A stretch of DNA of 63,892 bases, counting the filler, from Octopus bimaculoides (Eukaryota), in assembly GCF_001194135.2 (NCBI RefSeq). It is 6 parts of 6 records of this genome, joined end to end, with 100 filler letters (N's around TTAATTAATTAA, not from the genome) between each part and the next. Parts side by side here need not be neighbours in the genome. Positions count along the whole stretch, not along the records: positions 1 to 19,947 come from NC_068984.1; 5 more parts are not named here. The stretch is one strand, 5' to 3'. Position numbers and translations under genes: made by a program. The notes under the pieces were generated by a model, which did no database searches, was not told where the DNA came from, and saw only the letters and a program-made list of their open reading frames with translations. This document shows positions 1-10,695 of the stretch, piece by piece (position 1 is the stretch's first letter; the number at the start of each line of letters is the position of its first letter).

Positions 1-228
1 AGGTTGTTATTTTCCAGGTGCTTACGTAATCTCTGCGATATTATTGCAGTAAAGGCTTTGTAGATCGTAGGGAGACATGTTATAGGTCTATAGTTTTGTG
101 GTTTCTCCGTTTCTGTGGATTTGGTGATTAAGATGGTTTTCCCTTTCGTGACCCATTCAGGCATTGTCTCTGGCTCTGCTAGTATGTTGTTAAAGTTTTC
201 TGCCAGCTTTTTATGCATTCCTGGCAGG

Positions 229-233
<5 letters not shown>
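1..233 (-). mobile_element. R4/Dong-type non-LTR retrotransposon, RT N-terminal fragment, 5'-truncated, runs off the window edge
   Basis: Minus-strand translation KNLPGMHKKLAENFNNILAEPETMPEWVTKGKTILITKSTETEKPQNYRPITCLPTIYKAFTAIISQRLRKHLEK carries the NYRPITCLPTxYK motif of RLE-type RTs. It starts directly at the (TAA)n tract. Confidence 0.85.

Positions 234-301
<68 letters not shown>
232..301. repeat. (TTA)n microsatellite
   Basis: Pure TTA run. Confidence 0.98.
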
Positions 302-302
<1 letters not shown>

Positions 303-859
303 TCTATGTTTATAGTCATCCTCCTCCTCCTCCTCCTCGTCATCATCATCATCATCACCAGTAGAATAAAGTGAAAACTATGGCAGTTTAACCAATAAAT
401 TATTAAGTGTTTCAAAGTGGCATGCTTGCGGCAAAATTATCCAAACATAATTCAGTGTCATTTCACTTCTAAATAGAAAGAAACTCTGAAAGGAATCCAA
501 TTAACAATTTATACAACTTATCTAATTGATTTGTACGGTTAAATTAACCTCTATAATGATAGTCAAACTAAAGCGCTCTACATCACAATCATTTCAATTG
601 CATGTAAATCAAGCTAAGGCCTGAAGATTTTCATATTTACAAGAGAAGGAAATAGCTCATACATTTCTATAAGGTACAAGTGCGTGACATAAAAGGAAGG
701 TATTTTATGATTCAATCAGTAATAGTGATTTGGCATTATGAACAAGCACTAACCCTCACCCCATATTAATATGTATATATATATATATACATATATATAT
801 TTATATATGTGTATGTGTATATATATATGTGTGTGTGTGTATATGAACGTATATATGTG

Positions 860-891
<32 letters not shown>

Positions 892-1337
892 NNNNNNNNN
901 NNNNNNNNNNNNNNNNNNNNNNNNNNNNNNNNNNNNNNNNNNNNNNNNNNNNNNNNNNNNNNNNNNNNNNNNNNNNNNNNNNNNNNNNNNNNNNNNNNNN
1001 NNNNNNNNNNNNNNNNNNNNNNNNNNNNNNNNNNNNNNNNNNNNNNNNNNNNNNNNNNNNNNNNNNNNNNNNNNNNNNNNNNNNNNNNNNNNNNNNNNNN
1101 NNNNNNNNNNNNNNNNNNNNNNNNNNNNNNNNNNNNNNNNNNNNNNNNNNNNNNNNNNNNNNNNNNNNNNNNNNNNNNNNNNNNNNNNNNNNNNNNNNNN
1201 NNNNNNNNNNNNNNNNNNNNNNNNNNNNNNNNNNNNNNNNNNNNNNNNNNNNNNNNNNNNNNNNNNNNNNNNNNNNNNNNNNNNNNNNNNNNNNNNNNNN
1301 NNNNNNNNNNNNNNNNNNNNNNNNNNNNNNNNNNNNN

Positions 1338-1545
1338 TGTGTCTGCGTTTTCCCCCCCACCATCGCTTGACAACTGATGCTGGTGTGTTTATGTCCCCGT
1401 CACCTTGCGGTTCGGCAAAGAGTGACCGATAGAATAAGTACTAGGCTTACAAAGAATAAGTCCTGGGGGCGATTTTCTCGACTAAAGGCGGTGCTCCAGC
1501 ATGGCCGCAGTCAAATGACTGAAACAAGTAAAAGAGTAAAAGAGT
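1338..1545 (+). mobile_element. SINE family A, 3' body (head presumably lost in the gap)
   Basis: Matches 8810-8976, 41521-41715 and 44201-44348 (GACCGATAGAATAAGTACTAGGCTTACAAAGAATAAGTCCTGGGG...GGTGCTCCAGCATGGCCGCAGTC). Confidence 0.8.
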
Positions 1546-1549
1546 ATTG

Positions 1550-1721
1550 AAAGGTGGCGAGCTGGCAGAATCGTTAGTACGCCTGGCAAAATGCTTAATG
1601 ACATTTCGTCTGCCTTTCATCCATTTTGGGGTCGATAAAATAAGTACCAGGCAAAACTGGGGTCGACGTAGTAGGCCTATCTCTCCCTCAAACTGCTGGC
1701 TTTGTGCCAAAATTTGAAACC
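1550..1721 (+). mobile_element. tRNA-headed SINE family B with an internal deletion
   Basis: Start GGCGAGCTGGCAGAATCGTTAG. The B-box segment seen in other copies is deleted between two TGCC motifs. Confidence 0.85.
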
Positions 1722-3257
1722 GGTATATATAAAGTATTATGATATATAAATAATATTTCATTTCATAGTTCCCATGACTTTTTAACATTTGAGATACTAC
1801 GAGGTACATCAATATTTTGCGAATTTAAGGAATTGCTTCCTGGAGAGAACAGTTATGAACTCTTGCTCAAAAAAATATCTTTGTTGAGGCTGTCGATAAA
1901 TCTTTGTCGCGATTTCTTCAAGATGTACTTGAAGATCAGGTAGATTTCTTGAAGATCAGGTAGATTTCTTGACAAATCTCTTGAAAGAGCTTGCTTAATG
2001 TGTTGTATCTTCATTTAATTGTATGGCAGGTCACAACAATTCAGGTGCAGCTCTTAGATAATATTTCCCCTACATCAAAATCTTCAAACGAGCTACTTGC
2101 AAAACGTTCAGCGAAAGAACAAGGCCGATACGGTAAACACCAATGATTGTTTGAAATGTTACAAGAATAATTTAAACTGTAATAAGGAAGACTACCTTGT
2201 AATTATATTTAGTAAAAAAAAAAAAAACATTCATTAGGGTATTTGCGTCAGTTTTCGTTTTAATTATCATAGTTACTTGTTTTCAGAGGATATGCAATGA
2301 TTCAGACTTTTATTTAGTAAAAACTCGAGTATATATGGAGTGGAAGATTACTTAATAAATAAAAACAGTTTACCTGAGGTACTGAACCCCATTTTACTCA
2401 TATGCCTTTCTAGATGTGATTCTGTGTGCGTGTGTCTGTACTATATGTATATANNNNNNNNNNNNNNNNNNNNNNNNNNNNNNNNNNNNNNNNNNNNNNN
2501 NNNNNNNNNNNNNNNNNNNNNNNNNNNNNNNNNNNNNNNNNNNNNNNNNNNNNNNNNNNNNNNNNNNNNNNNNNNNNNNNNNNNNNNNNNNNNNNNNNNN
2601 NNNNNNNNNNNNNNNNNNNNNNNNNNNNNNNNNNNNNNNNNNNNNNNNNNNNNNNNNNNNNNNNNNNNNNNNNNNNNNNNNNNNNNNNNNNNNNNNNNNN
2701 NNNNNNNNNNNNNNNNNNNNNNNNNNNNNNNNNNNNNNNNNNNNNNNNNNNNNNNNNNNNNNNNNNNNNNNNNNNNNNNNNNNNNNNNNNNNNNNNNNNN
2801 NNNNNNNNNNNNNNNNNNNNNNNNNNNNNNNNNNNNNNNNNNNNNNNNNNNNNNNNNNNNNNNNNNNNNNNNNNNNNNNNNNNNNNNNNNNNNNNNNNNN
2901 NNNNNNNNNNNNNNNNNNNNNNNNNNNNNNNNNNNNNNNNNNNNNNNNNNNNNNNNNNNNNNNNNNNNNNNNNNNNNNNNNNNNNNNNNNNNNNNNNNNN
3001 NNNNNNNNNNNNNNNNNNNNNNNNNNNNNNNNNNNNNNNNNNNNNNNNNNNNNNNNNNNNNNNNNNNNNNNNNNNNNNNNNNNNNNNNNNNNNNNNNNNN
3101 NNNNNNNNNNNNNNNNNNNGAGAGAAAGAGTGAGTGAGAGAGAGGCAGGAATTGTTGTCACCATAGTAACTATCAAGTTTTGATTTAATACGCGGGAATT
3201 TTAAGTGCAAGTCAATAGAACGGAACACAAACTTCAAAGAACGACTATATATATATA

Positions 3258-3434
3258 CGAGGGGGTGTTGAAAAAGTTCCTGGCTTTCGGTCAAAGAAAA
3301 TACATGATTTTATTATTCCTCTCTCGGATTCACACATTTATTGCAGTGACCCTGTAAAAGAACTCAGAAGGCTGGGCCTCCAACCAGATCTTATGCGATG
3401 CCCTTAATACCAGGAACTTTTCAGCATCCTCTCG
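3258..3434. mobile_element. mariner-type MITE (177 bp)
   Basis: Imperfect TIRs CGAGGGGGTGTTGAAAAAGTTCCTGG / CCAGGAACTTTTCAGCATCCTCTCG, with TA on both sides. Confidence 0.85.
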
Positions 3435-3667
3435 TATATGATAAATATTTTTACTTTTGTCTCTCTCTCTCTCTGTGTTTCTGTATGCCTTTCAACATAT
3501 AGACAAAGCAACATAGATTTGAAAAAATAACTATATGCATGTATGTATGTATGTATGTATGTATGTATGTATGTATGTATGCATGTAGCTATGTATATAT
3601 AATTTCATTTTCTTATCTTGTATTCTGTTACTAGTGTTGTAAACATCGATCAATCGCTCATGCTCAC

Positions 3668-3751
3668 TGCATGCGTTTTGTTTGTTCGCCGGCTCGCTGA
3701 GGCGTAACGCCTGGGAGACGACTCCCTCATTATGATGGGTGTTAAAAACAC
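3668..3751 (-). other. candidate 84-nt exon (unidentified)
   Basis: Acceptor CTTGTCTTTGACTTCCAG|G and donor CA|GTGAGC in unique CpG-rich sequence. Phase 0 reads VFLTPIIMRESSPRRYASASRRTNKTHA. No homology recognised. Confidence 0.2.
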
Positions 3752-4545
3752 CTGGAAGTCAAAGACAAGTGAGACAACTTGCCTCCGATTCCATTCAGGA
3801 ATGATGGATACCGATATTTCGCCATTTTTGTGGCTTATCAACATCAAACACCTGAACCGAACCAGGGACGAATTGAATCGCCGGTAATTATATAAATTGT
3901 GTAAAAATCATTTGCTGGTATGCCACGGCGATGCAAACGTAAGATTAAATAATATCGGATGCATAAGCATACTATCGGATGCATAAGCATTAATATTGGA
4001 TACAAATGCAGAAACACACAAAAATAATTTACACATATGGAAGACATGAATTTATACATATGCTCATATTAATACATAAACTCAAAATCTATTTTATTCA
4101 TTTAATTCCGTCGTTTTCCTTCAGTCTCTATCTCAAATGTTTCTTTCCCTCTCATACACAAATACGCATACAAATAACTAGATATATTGATATGTAACAG
4201 CTTTTTTGTTCAAGATAATCTTCATGAAACAAATCAGTTAGGTATTTAGTTTAAATGAAGTATCGATTTGCGTCGTTTGGGTTTAAACTTCTTCTGACAT
4301 TACAAAGCCAATGTTTAAATTAATGGGGATAGGGATAAATGAATCGATTTGTCAGGCTATTACAGATACTTATTTCATTTGACTCCAGAGATGGACAAAA
4401 GATAACCCCTCTTTGCGGTTTCACCTGAGAACCGAGAAGGTTAAAACAAAATGTGATAGATTTAGTTCAGTGCTGTGCTACCTCACTTAACTACTGCGCT
4501 ACCTAGAAATGTTTACCATCCCTGAAGTCAATGGAGTGAGCATTT

Positions 4546-4620
4546 ATGTGGTCGTGCGACCTGTTAGAAGTAGTAGACAAATCTCACTCATATTACATCC
4601 CATAATCTTAAAAAGAAACA
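4546..4620 (+). mobile_element. family J fragment
   Basis: GTGGTCGTGCGACCTGTTAGAAGTAGTAGACAAATCTC is the reverse complement of the unit end in 62435-63205. Confidence 0.55.
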
Positions 4621-6542
4621 ACGTTTTAAACAAATGCAGTCCGAAAAAATTGACGAGATGGTTCGAACTGCCTTTGGTCCTTCAGACCAAACAACTTTTG
4701 GTCCTTCAGACAAAACAACACCTGTATAAAATAACTGAATTAATGCGCACCTCCCATTTCTCCCCTCCAGTAAGACCCCTCTAGGTCTTTGAACCTAGTA
4801 TATAATATAACAAGATACTATCTCCGAGGGAATTAATTTTATCCACTGTTTGTAAAACCGAAGATTTTCAAAACGTTTTAGTGAACAATATTTTAGTTAA
4901 AACTCATGATTTTCTTTGTTGTTGCACCGTTGAAAGCGATAAGGAGAGACTTTTAGTTGGCCAACGGATCACCTGAGAGTAATAGTTTAGAGCGGAAAGC
5001 TTTGACTCCGCTCTCTACACTGACGAAATACTAATGAAATTTCAGCGCTCCTATTGTTCACATTTTTGAAAACCTATCTAAACATGGTGTTTAATTGTAG
5101 TTACGTAGGCAAAGTAATTGGGAGTTTAAGTTTCGTCGTATTGTACACGACTCATATTGCTGACTGTTAGTGTTCGATTGATCAGCACTTTGGAATATAT
5201 GATCTCGAATTAGATCTCTTAACTGGAATGTTACAACAAAGCTCTTCTGCGAGAAACACGAATTTTACGTGCTACATTTCGTTCAGCTGTTGGAAACAGT
5301 CTTAATACCGAAGTTTCAGAGCCATGTGATTCATACAAATGTTCACTTTTAAATTAAATTTAATCTAAAATCGAAAATTTATGTGCAAAATCAGTTTTTA
5401 GTATTTACTTCGTATGTGTATATTTTGTATTTGTATGTATATGTGAGTGGGTATTCACAAGGGCTTCGTCACATGAACACATGTACTCTCATGGTTCTTT
5501 TCAGAGATTGTGATTGTATTTGCGACGAAAAACGACGATCTTTATAGAAGATTTAAAAAGAAATATACAAGAAATATTCAGAAAAGGGAGGGCAGTACCC
5601 TCCTAGGAAAATAAGCAGCTGGTAAAAGTGAATATCTTTAAGAAAAATGTAGACCGAGAAAGGACCGGAAATCAGATCTGAAAATTTGTTACTGCGTAAA
5701 AAAATCACCCAAAGAGTAAGCAGTGGAGTTAAACATGATTTGTCTTAGGCCTACCACACAAAATGGAGATATTTTAGTTAAATGATTTATTCTTATTTTA
5801 TACAATCTAAGATATCGAAAGGATATGTAACAAAGATTGATTTCCTATATGCAACACACCCAACAGTGTAAATTTAACTGATATGAGAAATTAGATATTC
5901 ATGATTTTTTACAAAGTTTTAGCAAGATCACTAACGAAAAATTGCTCTTAGTAGCAATAAAAAAAAAGCGTGTCAATATACAGCGTTTTCTCGAAACTGC
6001 TGTACAATATAGTCATATCTTAACCTTATAAACCAAAGGAAACCTTGTGTTAAAAAAAAAATCAAAAACAAAACCAAAAACAAAAAAATTTGCTGAAGAT
6101 ATAATGAATAAATCACATTTGTTAGCACATTTGTTGCAAGATTTCTAAGTGTTTTAGGGTTGGATACAAAAACCTACTCGTCTCAACAGGGAAAAATACG
6201 ACATATATCTTCTAGGAACGTCATCGATAAAAAAAGGATCAATATGCAGAAACAGATCTGTCTTTCCGATAAGTATCAAAGAAACCTAAGCTATGCACCA
6301 GCTTTCTAATTCGTCTGGGGCTTGTGGAGTATGAATCTATATATTTTGATGTTTAAAATACTTTAAAAGTTGAACTCACCAGAAAAATGTATGATTTACA
6401 TTATAGATGACTTCAATTTGTGTTATACGTACTCCTTCTTTTGATCCACACGCGCAAGCAAGGAATCTGAAAGAATAAGAATAAAAAAGCATTATATATA
6501 AATATATGTATATGTAAGAAGATAAAAAGCTTAAAAGCTTAC

Positions 6543-6690
6543 CCTTCGCTCGCAAACAAATAAGACCTGATAGTGTGTGCCACGCTTTTTCTATTTGTTT
6601 TAAGTGTCTACGCGTTCGCGAGCAATCACAAATACCTTCTCGGCTCACCGACCCTTGACTGAGCAGAAACTAATGTTTTGACATGAGAAA
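6543..6690 (-). other. candidate non-coding first exon or CpG-rich regulatory segment
   Basis: CpG-rich unique sequence ending in a strong donor AAGG|GTAAGC, downstream of a (CT)n tract. Confidence 0.2.
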
Positions 6691-7076
6691 GGGAGGGAGA
6701 GAGAGAGAGAGGGAGGAAGAGAGAGAGAGCTGCAGCAGTTGTCAGCAAGTTCTCATTTACTGTTGAGTAAACTGGGGCAACGTAAAATGATGTGGTTCTT
6801 AAGGANNNNNNNNNNNNNNNNNNNNNNNNNNNNNNNNNNNNNNNNNNNNNNNNNNNNNNNNNNNNNNNNNNNNNNNNNNNNNNNNNNNNNNNNNNNNNNN
6901 NNNNNNNNNNNNNNNNNNNNNNNNNNNNNNNNNNNNNNNNNNNNNNNNNNNNNNNNNNNNNNNNNNNNNNNNNNNNNNNNNNNNNNNNNNNNNNNNNNNN
7001 NNNNNNNNNNNNNNNNNNNNNNNNNNNNNNNNNNNNNNNNNNNNNNNNNNNNNNNNNNNNNNNNNNNNNNNNNNNN

Positions 7077-7120
<44 letters not shown>

Positions 7121-7197
7121 CGTCTCTCTGTCTTTCCCTCCATCTATCTGTATGCGTGTCTGTCTATTTACTGTCTGATGCATATATATACACATGT

Positions 7198-7518
7198 GAA
7201 GGCGCGTAGCTTAGTGGTTAGGGTAATCCGCTCACGGTCGTAAAGGCGTGAGTTCGTTTCCCGGCGGCACGTTGCTTCCTTGAGCAAGACACTTTATTTT
7301 ACGTTGCTCCAGTCCACACAGCTGGCAAAAATAAACAGTACCTGTAATTCAAAAAGGCTGGCCTTGTTACAATCTGTGTCACGCTGAATCTCCCTGAAAA
7401 CTACGTTAAGGTAGCGCGTATCTGTGGAGTGCTCAGCCACTTGCACGTTAATTTTACGAGCAGGCTGTTCCGTTGATCGGATAAAATGGAACCTTCACCG
7501 TCGTAACCGATGGAGTAC
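7198..7518 (+). mobile_element. tRNA-derived SINE: head C + tail 1
   Basis: A box TAGCTTAGTGG and B box GAGTTCGTTTCC; middle CCTTGAGCAAGACACTT; tail shared with 47492-47872 and 55633-55950. Confidence 0.9.
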
Positions 7519-7557
7519 TAGTGCTATATACACACATATATACACGTTTACATATAT

Positions 7558-7702
7558 ATTCTTTTCTACTCTAGGCACAACACTCAAAATTTTTTTTTTG
7601 GGTGGGGGGACAGTCATTTAGATCGACTCCAGTACGCAAATGGTACTTAATTTATCGAACCCGAAAAGATGAAAGGCAATTTCATCAGCAGAATTCGAAC
7701 TC
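7558..7702 (-). mobile_element. SINE family B, 5'-truncated
   Basis: Reverse complement of the family B body and tail. Confidence 0.85.
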
Positions 7703-7703
7703 A

Positions 7704-7850
7704 TCTATAGCCTTGGGCCAGGCAAAGCCTTGGGCCAGGCAAAGCCTTGGGCCAGGCAAAGCCTTGGGCCAGGAAAACCCTTGGGCCAGGCAAAGCCTTG
7801 TAAGTGGATTTGGTAGACGGAAACTGAAAGAAGTTCGTCGTATATATGTA
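7704..7850 (+). mobile_element. SINE family A fragment containing a 17-bp tandem repeat (5 copies)
   Basis: GCCTTGGGCCAGGCAAA x5 at 7710-7794, then GCCTTGTAAGTGGATTTGGTAGACGGAAACTGAAAGAAG. Confidence 0.88.
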
Positions 7851-8380
7851 TTTAAACATTTAGTTTTTTCAACTTCATCATTAAAAATATTTACTTTAAA
7901 TACTAAGCTAGCCTCGTTCAAAATAATCCGGTGAATATTCGTTCTTAGGATGCTATGAGAATGGAAGTGCTTGCTTTATCCAAAATCTGGTTTCCAGGTT
8001 ACAAAAATATGAAAGTTATATATTTTTCAATAAAAATAAATCTATTAAGAAATGATTGTAAAATAGTGCACAGTAGAGCTCCGTCTAACGTGTGAACTTG
8101 TCAATTACTGAAATTCGATTCACTAGTTATTTGAATTCCTAAGTGACTTCAGCAAAGCATAGCTTTTTACTATTCAGGTGTATCGAAGGTTAATACAAGT
8201 GAGTTAGAACAACTAATTGAAAATGCACAAGGAGGTAATTTTTCTTTATCACTTTTGATTTTGCATGGATAAGCTTAGCGATGATCCGCATTGTATGACG
8301 CATGGCTAAAGAAGAGTAATAAGAGATATTGTTACAAGAAATTGCCCTGGCATAAAGATTCACTAAGACATACATATATA

Positions 8381-8600
8381 TAAGGCGGCGAACTGGCAGG
8401 ATCGTTAGCACGCGGGGCGAAACGCTTAGCGGTATTTTGTCTCCTGTTACGTTCTGAGTTCAAATTCTGCCGAGATCGACTTTGCCTTTCATTCTTTCGG
8501 GATCGATTATATAAGTACCAGTTACGCACTGGACTTTAACCCTTTGTCTGTCCTTGTTTGTCCTCTCTATGTTTAGCCCTCTGTGGGTAATAAAGAAATA
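8381..8600 (+). mobile_element. SINE family B, full length, alternative (B2) tail
   Basis: Family B head and body; tail CCTTTGTCTGTCCTTGTTTGTCC...AATAAAGAAATA also seen at 53637 and 56790. Confidence 0.9.
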
Positions 8601-8610
8601 TATATATATA

Positions 8611-8976
8611 TGGCTCTGTGGTAAGTAGCTTGCTTCTCAATCACATGGTTCCAGATTCAGTCCCATTGCGTGACATCTTGGGCAAGATGTAGGCTCGGAC
8701 CGACCGAAATTTTGTGAATGGATTTGGTAGTCGGAAACTGAAAGAAGCCCGTCGTACATATGTATGTAAATATGTACGTATGTATGTATATATATGTACA
8801 ACTATGTGTGTGTATCTTCCTGTCTGTCCACCCAGCACCGCTCGACAACCGGTGTTGGTGTGTTTGCATCCCCGTAACATTGCGGTTCAGCAAAAGAGAC
8901 CGATAGAATAAGTGGCAGGATTAAAAAATGCATAAGTCCTAGAGTCGATTCATTCGATTAAAATTTCAAGGCGGGG
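8611..8976 (+). mobile_element. SINE family A: head, internal microsatellite linker and 3' body
   Basis: TGGCTCTGTGGTAAG...GAAACTGAAAGAAGCCCGTCG, then an (AT/GT)n linker, then the 3' body. Confidence 0.9.
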
Positions 8977-9100
8977 NNNNNNNNNNNNNNNNNNNNNNNN
9001 NNNNNNNNNNNNNNNNNNNNNNNNNNNNNNNNNNNNNNNNNNNNNNNNNNNNNNNNNNNNNNNNNNNNNNNNNNNNNNNNNNNNNNNNNNNNNNNNNNNN

Positions 9101-9159
<59 letters not shown>

Positions 9160-9401
9160 TACACACAGACACATGGACCGGTAGATAGATATATGATACA
9201 CCATTTGCGTATCATACTAAATGGATATACATCCTTAGACGAGATGATGGCACAGAATTATAAAATGTATTCTTCAAATTCTTGTTTATCGTTTTATATA
9301 CACGCACACACACGCGCGCACGTTCGTATGAATGTATGTATGTATAAATGACACTAGCATTCTTGACAGTGCCACTAATCTCAACGGAAACTTCGAAATG
9401 C

Positions 9402-10078
9402 TCCAGTATAAAAGGAGAAGTTAGAAAGTATGGTGCACCTTCTCAAAGAAAAAAAAACCCATTAAGGAGTCGACAATATTCCAGTAGATTCCCTAGAAAT
9501 GAAGGGCAGTACTCATGAAAGCTTTGAGAGCCACGTATAAGGAGATTTTCAAGCAACGAAATTGCCAAAAGAATAACCACTATGAGGTTCTATATTTGTT
9601 ATGAAGTAAGAAAGATGTCATAAGATTCTGTGCGAATCTACTACATAGTGTTTTCTTAAGGAGACGTAAGTGGAAAGCGGAAGAAATGCGCATAGAAGAA
9701 CAGCCAGTATTACGATAAAAATGTGACAAGTCCTAACATATATCTAACGTTAGATTGCTGATCGACAAACATCTGCCACACCATCTCTAATACAAATTCA
9801 TTGACATCAAGAAAGCCTTTAAATGATTTCTTCTATGATAGGAACCTCTTCCTAATGATTCTATCACTATATGACAATTAAAAAGCACAGTTTGACTGAC
9901 AACCTGCAAGAAAATGCCACATCGGAAACACTTTGTGAATTCCACCCCTCACTGTCAACAGATGACGGTTCTTTGCAAACTGCATTACTCGGTCATCGAC
10001 CTCATGGAAAGAAGTAAAGCAGAACTCCAGGAGCTTACTATCAGATTTGAAAATGCGTCAGGAGCGTACTTACGGAAT
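9402..10078 (+). mobile_element. decayed RTE-clade LINE RT remnant
   Basis: Motifs in colinear order: GVDNIP (about 9466), FIDIKKAF (about 9797), and CKLHYSVIDLMERSKAELQELT (degenerate NLRFADDIDL). Many stops and deletions. Confidence 0.7.
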
Positions 10079-10301
10079 GAACAATGGGTTCAGTTCACAA
10101 AATAAAAAAAATAAAAAACAGTTCTGATCGATACTGCAACCAGAATGTAACATTTAAAATGATGCTCATCGAATAAAAAATTAAAAATACCCCAAACCCC
10201 ATTTCAACAAAGAATTGTAGCTCAATAAAAAAAACCCAGTTTGACATCTCATTTGTTATGATCATACTGAACATCTTCCACAACGATCAAACTGTTAAAA
10301 T

Positions 10302-10490
10302 CTCCCCATGAGGGTCCGGCAGGGGGGTGGGTGGCAAGCCCTGTTGTACTTTTTCGCCCCAACTTTCTCTCACTCTTTCTTCCTGTTTCTTGACTAACGC
10401 TGCAATGGACTGGCGTCCCGTCCAGCTAGGGGAACACATACGCTATAGAAACCGGGCCCATGAGCCTGGCTAGGCTTCAGAAGGGCGCTT
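10302..10490 (+). mobile_element. SINE: middle of family D + tail 2, 5'-truncated
   Basis: CTTTCTCTCACTCTTTCTTCCTGTTTC (as in 47492) joined to GATGGACTGGCGTCCCGTCCAG...CATGAGCCTGGCTAGGCTT (as in 33316). Confidence 0.82.
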
Positions 10491-10532
10491 AATAATATAT
10501 ATATATATATATATATATAGTGGAAAATAGTG

Positions 10533-10695
10533 GTTTCAAATTTTAGCACAAGGCCAGCAACTGGTACTTATTTTATCGAACTCCAAAAGGACGAAGGCGA
10601 AGTCGATCTCGGCGGAATTTGACCTTGGAGAGTAAAGACAGACGAAATACCGCTACGCGTGTCACCCGGTGTGAGCTAACGATTCTGCCAGCTCC
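10533..10695 (-). mobile_element. SINE family B
   Basis: Reverse complement of family B with an internal deletion. Confidence 0.85.

Noticed and set aside
4989-5045. 8-bp hairpin followed by CTGACGA...GAAA
   Set aside because: The sequence between the boxes cannot form stem II, and there is no stem III or stem I pairing.
7710-7800. CRISPR-like repeat array
   Set aside because: Contiguous 17-bp units with no spacers, in eukaryotic SINE context and with no cas genes.
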